NCBI GenBank assembly: GCA_963827565.1
Contig: CAWHBG010000003.1
Coordinates: 867,543-931,542 of the forward strand
Direction: 5' to 3'
DNA length: 64,000 nucleotides
Source of the DNA: Candidatus Aminicenantes bacterium
GTDB taxonomy: Bacteria; Acidobacteriota; Aminicenantia; UBA2199
Shown here: positions 57,924 through 64,000 of the stretch, in pieces
Layout of the letters: each line of letters starts with the position of its first letter
How positions within the stretch are numbered: position 1 is the stretch's first letter
The notes under the pieces: model-generated
Told to the model about the DNA's origin: nothing
Seen by the model: only the letters and a program-made list of their open reading frames with translations
The model's database searches: none
Program-made: the position numbers and the translations under genes

Positions 57924-59486
57924 ATGAAAGTCTTATTCTCTCAATGGATGAGAGAGATTGACTTTAATGCTATTAGTAAGACGGGTATACCTTCAATTGT
58001 CCTAATGGAGAATGCCTCGCAGGGGAGCTGCCCAGATAATAAGAGACAAGTTCCCTGTGATAACATTTCAAAAATAATTGTATTGGCGGGTCCGGGCAAC
58101 AATGGCGGGGATGGGATCGCTACGGGAGGAATCCTTGCCCAATGGGGATATAATCTGCAATTCCTCTTCCTTATTGATCCGTCAAATTTTTCCGGAGATC
58201 CATTGGTAAACTTCAATATTATTAATGAACTTGGAATAAAATGGGTCTCATTGTCAGATGAAAATGATTTATTGAATATTTTAAAGGATAACTCTGCTTC
58301 AGATACTCTTATTATTGATGCCATTTTCGGTACCGGAATAAATAAAGATGTTAAAGATGGGAAATATTTCAGAATTATTGAGACATGAACAGATCGAAGT
58401 TCAAAATTATCTCCATTGACATTCCCTCCGGGACTTTCGGACATGTTTCCTCCTGCCAAAGGGTGTTTTGTTGAACCTGATGTTACTATTACATTCCAGG
58501 CATTAAAGGTTGCGCATATTTTCCCGGATGACAAGAAAAGGTGTGGAGAAATATTTGTGTCTGACATAGGAATACCTTCTATGCATATTGATGAGGAAAA
58601 ATATTTCATCAGTTTAACAGATCCTTCAGACTTTGAACCATTATTTGTAAAGAGGGAATCAGGGCTGCATAAAGGGAATCTCGGGCATGCGCTTGTCATA
58701 GCAGGTTCGGATGAGAAACCGGGAGCGTCAATACTATCATCTGTCTCTGTTCTAAGATCCGGAGCAGGTCTCTCCACATGTGTTGTATCGGAGAAGAATA
58801 GAGATTTGATAATCAGGTCTTATCCTGAAATAATGACCTGGAATGAAAAAGAATTTATTGAGACCGCGGAAATACCGGATGAATTTAATTGTGTACTTGC
58901 CGGCCCGGGGATGGGTACAGGTGAAAACAGTAAAAAAATGGTAAAAAAGATCCTGTCGATTTCTAAAGTTCCAGTTATCCTGGATGCAGATGCGATCAAT
59001 CTGCTGAAAGGGGATGCTGATATTTTGAAAGAGAAAAGGGAGTATCCTCTTATAATTACTCCTCATCCGAAAGAATTTTCAAGAATCTCGGGGAAGCAGA
59101 TATCAGAAATATTATCAGACCCTGTTACCCTTGCAAGGGATTTTGCGATGGAGCACAATCTTTATATTATACTTAAAGGCCATTATTCATTGATTGTTTC
59201 ACCTGACGGAGAGGTAAAAATAAACCAGACTGGAAACCCGGGAATGGCAACAGCCGGAAGTGGAGATGTTCTGGGGGGGGTTATTGCCGGAATGATCTCA
59301 CAATTCAAAGAAAAGTTTCAGATACTAAAAATATTACAGGCTGCAGTTTTTCTTCATGGTTACTCCGGGGATATTGCTTCATCATTAAAAGGGGAAGCTC
59401 CGCTGATCGCATCTGATATTGTAGATAATATCCACAATGCTGTCGCGAAAATAAATGAATATCAATCTGAATTCCGGCTCACCTGA
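57924..59486 (+). pseudogene. nnr: bifunctional NAD(P)H-hydrate repair enzyme Nnr (YjeF_N epimerase + ADP-dependent dehydratase), two compensating frameshifts
   Basis: N-domain: MKVLFSQWMREID..LMENASQ..VLAGPGNNGGDG..IIDAIFGTGIN. Between about 58384 and 58433 the expected MNRSKFKIISIDIPSG is in another frame; the flanking ORFs 57810-58388 and 58416-59486 share one frame. C-domain: HKGNLGHALVIAGS..GPGMG..GNPGMATAGSGDVLGG. Confidence 0.85.
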
Positions 59487-59919
59487 GAAAACATTCTCCT
59501 ACGGATGTTCCCTCGGGAAAGTACTTCATGGAGATGAACTTATTTTCCTGAGCGGGAACCTCGGTGCAGGAAAAACAATGTTCACAAAAGGGATCGGCTA
59601 TTCCCTGGGAATTGGCAGACGGGAGATCGTAAGCCCTAGTTATACACTTATGAATATCTATGAGGGGAGATTTTCCCTTTTTCATATTGATCTTTACAGA
59701 ATAGGTGAGGGAGTAAATGGTGGAATTCCTGAGATTGATGATAATCTTGATAATGGAATAATTGTAGTTGAATGGGCAGAGTATATTAAAGAATACTATT
59801 CGGCAGAAGAAAACATTGTTGATATCACCATCTCATTAAGTGAAGAAAAAGAGGAAGGGCGGAATATATCAATAATCACAAAAATTAATATTCCGCCCGA
59901 GACATTTTCAGGTTACTAA
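59455..59919 (+). CDS. tsaE: tRNA t6A37 biosynthesis ATPase TsaE (YjeE)
   Basis: 154 aa. LSGNLGAGKTMFTKGI, SPSYTLMNIY, FHIDLYRI, VVEWAE. Overlaps the nnr end. Confidence 0.85.
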   Translation: MNINLNSGSPEKTFSYGCSLGKVLHGDELIFLSGNLGAGKTMFTKGIGYSLGIGRREIVSPSYTLMNIYEGRFSLFHIDLYRIGEGVNGGIPEIDDNLDNGIIVVEWAEYIKEYYSAEENIVDITISLSEEKEEGRNISIITKINIPPETFSGY

Positions 59920-60860
59920 TGGATCTTATATTTTATGCCGTCCCTGTATTTTGATTGCCCTATTTTATCCTCAACCAGAATATCAAAATAGTATTTTCCC
60001 TTATCTAAAGAATCTACTGGAACTTTGAGAAAAATATATTTTTTCTTAAGTATTGAATCGTCAATATTATTCAGTTCACGTTTAACTTTGATATCATCTA
60101 TTCTGATGTAATCTTTATATATATATACATTTATTGAAAAGCTTGCATACATTTTTCCGTCTTTATCTTCGAAACTGATCTTTTTTGTCGGGATCTTTAT
60201 CAGGATTTCTTTGTTTTTAACGGATGGTTTAAATGTTAACTGGTGTTTGATCTGTGATTTAGATATATTAAGGACGCTTAATTTTGCAAGATCGACAGCA
60301 GTCAAAAGCTGAGCAGGTATTCTCGCCAGTTTAAAGTTCCCGAAACCTTTGGAATCTGTAAAAACAAGATACAATTGGAATCGGTAGTAAAACCATCTTT
60401 CCATTGGGAGTCTCTTAGTGGTCAGCAGCCTGCCTCCTATATTTCCTTTTGTTCCTCTGGACAAACTATCCAGCTCACCAAATTCCCTTCTGTCCGGTAT
60501 CCCCAGCTGAAGAAGAATTCTACCCCTTTCCGTATCCCATCCTCTTCTTTTCCCTTTTCCTTCCGAAAACCATCTGTTTGCATATGCTATCCTCTCTGCA
60601 TAAGCCATTTTTGCTTCATTTTCAAAATTATCCGGGGTTGGGTCTCTTTTATCCCAGAAATCTTTTATAAATTTTTCCCTCTCAGCATCGTCAGGAAGAT
60701 GATTGTAAATCTCCTTTTCTATTTTTGTCATTATAAATCTGGTCATTTTGTAAAAATCATCTGCACTCTTAAAAGAACTTTCTGCATCAGTCTGAACCTT
60801 GCTATAGATTCCCCAAACAACAAACAATAAAATTTGAATAATTAATATAATTTTTTTCAT
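59916..60860 (-). CDS. GWxTD domain-containing exported protein
   Basis: 314 aa with a signal peptide. ..FIKDFWDKRDPTPD..ERIAYANRWF..RGWDTERGRILLQLGIPD (GWxTD signature). Confidence 0.75.
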   Translation of the reverse strand: MKKIILIIQILLFVVWGIYSKVQTDAESSFKSADDFYKMTRFIMTKIEKEIYNHLPDDAEREKFIKDFWDKRDPTPDNFENEAKMAYAERIAYANRWFSEGKGKRRGWDTERGRILLQLGIPDRREFGELDSLSRGTKGNIGGRLLTTKRLPMERWFYYRFQLYLVFTDSKGFGNFKLARIPAQLLTAVDLAKLSVLNISKSQIKHQLTFKPSVKNKEILIKIPTKKISFEDKDGKMYASFSINVYIYKDYIRIDDIKVKRELNNIDDSILKKKYIFLKVPVDSLDKGKYYFDILVEDKIGQSKYRDGIKYKIH

Positions 60861-60867
60861 ATTTTCC

Positions 60868-61539
60868 TCATCTGAAAAACAGGTTTAATCCAATACTAAG
60901 CGTCAGACCACTCAGGTCTAATTTTTCAAAACCTTCAAAAAGATCGGATAATTGACCTTTAAGATACTGGTATTTTGCTTCAAAAGAAATTCCCATATGC
61001 CTTCTGAAACGGAAAACAAATCCGCCTTTCATATTAAAACCGGCTGTGTAGGTTTCTGTATATCCATACCCTTCATAAACCTCCCAGGTTGTAAAATCGA
61101 TAAAATCTCCCCATTGCTCATATTCCCAGAAATAAATCCCCACCCCTGCTCCAATGTAGGGATTAAATATTTTTCTGTGTCCGAGTGGATACACTTTAAT
61201 GTTGGCCTCAATTCCACTTATACTAAGGGAAAGATCCTGATAAATAGGAGAGCCATCATCAAATTCATAATCTCTGTATTGTGAATATACGATTTGTTCG
61301 AAGGTCCCTGCCTCAAGAGTCACTGAAAAGTGTTTCCCCATAAAATGTTCATATTCAAGGTTGTAAACCAGATCTTTCATGTCTCCATTTGAAAAGTAGA
61401 GGTTTTCCCTGTTTATTTCCCACAGATCAGAATCGAGTGATGGGGTAAAAAGCCCTATTTTAAAATTCAAACTCTGACCTGTAACCATTGCGGTACTAAT
61501 TAAAAGTATAAAAATTGCATATATATATTTTTTCATCAT
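60868..61539 (-). CDS. outer-membrane beta-barrel protein
   Basis: 223 aa with a signal peptide. Alternating strands and a terminal ..LSIGLNLFFR. Confidence 0.5.
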   Translation of the reverse strand: MMKKYIYAIFILLISTAMVTGQSLNFKIGLFTPSLDSDLWEINRENLYFSNGDMKDLVYNLEYEHFMGKHFSVTLEAGTFEQIVYSQYRDYEFDDGSPIYQDLSLSISGIEANIKVYPLGHRKIFNPYIGAGVGIYFWEYEQWGDFIDFTTWEVYEGYGYTETYTAGFNMKGGFVFRFRRHMGISFEAKYQYLKGQLSDLFEGFEKLDLSGLTLSIGLNLFFR

Positions 61540-61628
61540 TTTAACCTCCTGTATTTAAAAGCAATATCGATGCCAACCGATACTTTACAGAAAGGCAGGG
61601 AAATGTCCCTTTTATGTTACAGGACGTA

Positions 61629-61934
61629 CTATTTTAATGCAGAGGCGATCTTCTCTTTTGAAGGGACAGAGTTGAATCTTGCCAATTCCTTCCCTTCGTT
61701 AAAAACAATAATGGTGGGTACTCCGAGAACAAAATATTTCATTGCAATACCAGGATTTTCTGTAACATCAACTTCATATGCAGAAATTTGTTTCTCCCTG
61801 TTTTCTCTGATTACCTCTTCGAGGATCGGTGGAACTTTCTTACAGGGTGCACATCCCGGAGAGCTGAAATCTATTATTACATTGCCCGTTGATGCAAGTT
61901 TTTCATTAAATATCTCTTCTGATATTTTTTCCAT
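61629..61934 (-). CDS. trxA: thioredoxin
   Basis: 101 aa. ..VIIDFSSPGCAPCKKVPPILEE.., ..GVPTIIVF.. (CxxC = CAPC). Confidence 0.85.
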   Translation of the reverse strand: MEKISEEIFNEKLASTGNVIIDFSSPGCAPCKKVPPILEEVIRENREKQISAYEVDVTENPGIAMKYFVLGVPTIIVFNEGKELARFNSVPSKEKIASALK

Positions 61935-61938
61935 TCTA

Positions 61939-63117
61939 TTATTTCTCCAGCAGTTTCTTTATCCTCTCAGCGACCGCTTTGTGATTTCCCGATCCGATCT
62001 TGATATAGTCAACATTCCCTTCCCTGTCAATAAATATCATTGTAGGTATACCGGTTATCATATAAGAATCAAAATCTTTTCCTTCATCTGAAATAGCGAT
62101 GGGATAGTCTATTTTGAATCTTTCCACAAAACCCTTTATCAGTTCGATCTCCTTTGTACGGTCAACTTTACCGGCATTCTGAACATCATCTCTGTAAGAA
62201 CCATAGAGCTTTGTGAAACCGATCACAGCAAGACCATCATTTTTGTGCTTTGTATACTCTTCAATAAGCCCCGGAATAACTGCTCTGCAAGGGCTACACC
62301 ATGGAGCCCAGAAATCAATGATAACGACCTTTCCTTTAAGACTGTCCAAAGAAAGAGCAGGAGAGTTTAACCATGTCTCAGCGCTGACGGGGGGAGCTTT
62401 TTTACCAAGGAATTCAAGCTGAGCCAGTTCGGATTCCAGTGACTTCTTCCCTCTTGGGTCAGTTGTGAGTTCTATTGCATTCTGAAGGATCTTTTTTGCA
62501 CCTTCGAGGTCATTTTCATCTTTTGCGATCGAGGCAAGATTTGCATGGAACATATAATTATATTTTTTAAATTCTTCCGGAAGGTCGGTGGCGTCAATAA
62601 GTTTTTTTGTAAATGTTTTTCTTATAGAACTATCAGAAGATTCAAATGCGAAATTCATTAATGCTGAATAATAGTCCTCGCCCCTCTCCGGATTTTTTTC
62701 AATTGCGCTGAAAACCTTGTAGGCTCCATCAACATCCTTTTTTCCAAAAAGCGCCTGCACCTTGACCATTCTGGCTTCATCAACCATTTTCCCTTCAGCT
62801 GCTATAACTTCATCTGCAAGTAAATCCGCATTATCAAAGCTTCCTGTCTTAACATATATTTTTGCTCTCAAAATATCAAATCCTTCTGATTTTGCGCTAT
62901 CCTTATATTTTTCAAGGATATCTTCAAAAGCTTTTTTCTTATCTGTCAAAAATGTCTGATATTCTTTGTAAGATTTAATACCTGATTCCATCTTTTTAAA
63001 TTTACTATTCAGAGCTGTATAATCATTTGTGAGATTTTTCAAATCTGCGGAAGAATCTCCTCCGCATGAAATAAGAAAAATTAGTGTAACCAGAATTACC
63101 ATGAATTTTTTGTTCAT
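61939..63117 (-). CDS. TlpA/ResA-like thiol-disulfide oxidoreductase lipoprotein with N-terminal helical (TPR-like) domain
   Basis: ATG at 63117 after AAGAGGAG gives MNKKFMVILVTLIFLISCGG (lipobox LISC). C-terminal redoxin domain VVIIDFWAPWCSPCR, ..ITGIPTMIFIDREG. Confidence 0.75.
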   Translation of the reverse strand: MNKKFMVILVTLIFLISCGGDSSADLKNLTNDYTALNSKFKKMESGIKSYKEYQTFLTDKKKAFEDILEKYKDSAKSEGFDILRAKIYVKTGSFDNADLLADEVIAAEGKMVDEARMVKVQALFGKKDVDGAYKVFSAIEKNPERGEDYYSALMNFAFESSDSSIRKTFTKKLIDATDLPEEFKKYNYMFHANLASIAKDENDLEGAKKILQNAIELTTDPRGKKSLESELAQLEFLGKKAPPVSAETWLNSPALSLDSLKGKVVIIDFWAPWCSPCRAVIPGLIEEYTKHKNDGLAVIGFTKLYGSYRDDVQNAGKVDRTKEIELIKGFVERFKIDYPIAISDEGKDFDSYMITGIPTMIFIDREGNVDYIKIGSGNHKAVAERIKKLLEK

Positions 63118-63179
63118 TTTATCTCCTCTTATATAACCAATATTATCACAGTTTATGATGCGTTTCAAATCTGAGATAT

Positions 63180-64000
63180 TCAGATTCTGAAGTTCAAAAC
63201 CTTTTCAATTATTTCAAATCTTGCCGGAATCTTCCCCCCTAATTCACCATCAAATTCCAGATTTGTTTCTTCTATAGAAGTGACATCAATGGTCTTTGCT
63301 CTATGTACTTCAACTTTCGGGTGTTTAATTATGGTTCCTTTATAAAGCAGAGGCGTATTTCTTACTATTTCCAACTTTTTCATATCCTTAACCAGTACAA
63401 GATCAAAATAACCGTCGTCAACTTCTGCATTCGGGGCTATCATCATACCGCCCCCGAAAATGCCTCCGTTAGCAACTGCACCTATCAGATACTTCCCGGA
63501 TATTTTTTCTTTATCATCTATTGTTATCTCAACATTCGTGCTCTGATAATTTTTTATTGTGGACAATAATCCGGTGTAGTATGACAGAGGCCCCCTTTTG
63601 TTTTCAGGGACTTCTGAAAGCTTTTTAATGACATCTGCTCCAAGTCCGAAATCGGCAATATTAATAAAAAATTTCTGCTTATTTTCAGTCCCGGGAAAAG
63701 TGATCTTTCCAACATCTATTTTTTTTCTTTTAGAGTTTTTTATTAATTCAACAGATTTCCTGAAATCTCTTGGTATCTTTAAGAATCTTATGAAATCTGA
63801 ACCGGTTCCCGAAGGGATAATTCCCAGTGAAGCATCTTCATTTATTACTTTTTTAGATTTGTCGGAAAAGAATCCGTTTGTGATCTCATTGAGAGTTCCA
63901 TCTCCTCCGATCCCTATTATAAGGTCAAATCCGTCAGAAAGTATTTCCCTTGCGATCTCGGTAGCCTGATTGGGTTTTTCTGTAAATATATATTTGAACT
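63180..64000 (-). CDS. diacylglycerol/lipid kinase family protein (YegS/BmrU-like), 5' end beyond window
   Basis: I translated the minus-strand frame by hand and it is open from 63180 to the window edge. The ORF track only starts at the internal TTG at 63566. Contains ..DLIIGIGGDGTLNEI.. (GGDGT), ..GIIPSGTGSDF.., ..GAVANGGIFGGGMMIAPNAEVDDGYFDLV.. Confidence 0.8.
   Translation of the reverse strand, partial: FKYIFTEKPNQATEIAREILSDGFDLIIGIGGDGTLNEITNGFFSDKSKKVINEDASLGIIPSGTGSDFIRFLKIPRDFRKSVELIKNSKRKKIDVGKITFPGTENKQKFFINIADFGLGADVIKKLSEVPENKRGPLSYYTGLLSTIKNYQSTNVEITIDDKEKISGKYLIGAVANGGIFGGGMMIAPNAEVDDGYFDLVLVKDMKKLEIVRNTPLLYKGTIIKHPKVEVHRAKTIDVTSIEETNLEFDGELGGKIPARFEIIEKVLNFRI

Noticed and set aside
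57941-58777. 278-aa antisense ORF opposite nnr (also 53364-53969 opposite the COG2403 gene, 23703-24119, 57285-57695, 31704-32200 and other shadow ORFs)
   Set aside because: They lie opposite genes with strong family motifs. They have Ser/Pro/Leu-rich or low-complexity composition typical of shadow frames and no RBS. They are spurious.
1-64000. tRNA, rRNA, tmRNA, RNase P or SRP RNA genes
   Set aside because: I scanned the intergenic spacers for T-loop (GTTCRANYC) and other hallmark motifs and found none outside coding sequence. Absence is by eye only and should be confirmed with tRNAscan-SE/Infernal.

Overview
AT-rich 64-kb chromosomal segment from a Shine-Dalgarno-using diderm bacterium. 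It encodes many outer-membrane beta-barrel and exported proteins. GWxTD, TIGR03436-like VWA, DUF5916/CBM9 and 6-bladed beta-propeller families give it the flavour of an uncultured Acidobacteria/Aminicenantes/FCB-type lineage, but the taxon cannot be resolved without a database search. I count about 60 protein genes and found no rRNA, tRNA or CRISPR array by eye. Core content includes: deaD; natAB-like ABC exporter; putP; an elongasome cluster mreB-mreC-mreD-mrdA-rodA coupled to a fused TIGR03960/TIGR03936-type radical SAM gene and a TrmH-family methyltransferase; mntP; glyA-rpiB; a COG2403 P-loop protein plus carbamate kinase; nnr-tsaE; and thioredoxin plus a TlpA-like lipoprotein. Two things stand out. 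(1) A 20-nt REP-like element, AAAAGGGGACAGGYACCTTT, has an invariant core CCTGTCCCCTTTT. It occurs in 15 full copies (7 singletons and 4 inverted doublets) plus 1 remnant. An intact HUH/Y1 RAYT-type transposase (27379-28281) is bracketed by an inverted copy pair, which makes this a REPtron-type system. The doublets have the geometry of bidirectional terminators, and one copy sits in-frame inside a CDS. (2) At least 30 frame-disrupting lesions (single-nt frameshifts, three in-frame stops, one ATG-to-ATA start) hit about 14 genes, including rodA, aat, nnr and putP. They cluster in 1.5-6-kb patches that ignore gene boundaries. That pattern argues for local sequence error at least as strongly as for genuine gene decay, so every pseudogene label below means frame-disrupted as given. 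An accessory island at about 20.7-30 kb carries a decayed inverse-autotransporter-like surface protein, a C10 protease, an FGE-fold protein, the RAYT and a zinc-ribbon protein. All calls rest on by-eye motif recognition only; no searches were run.
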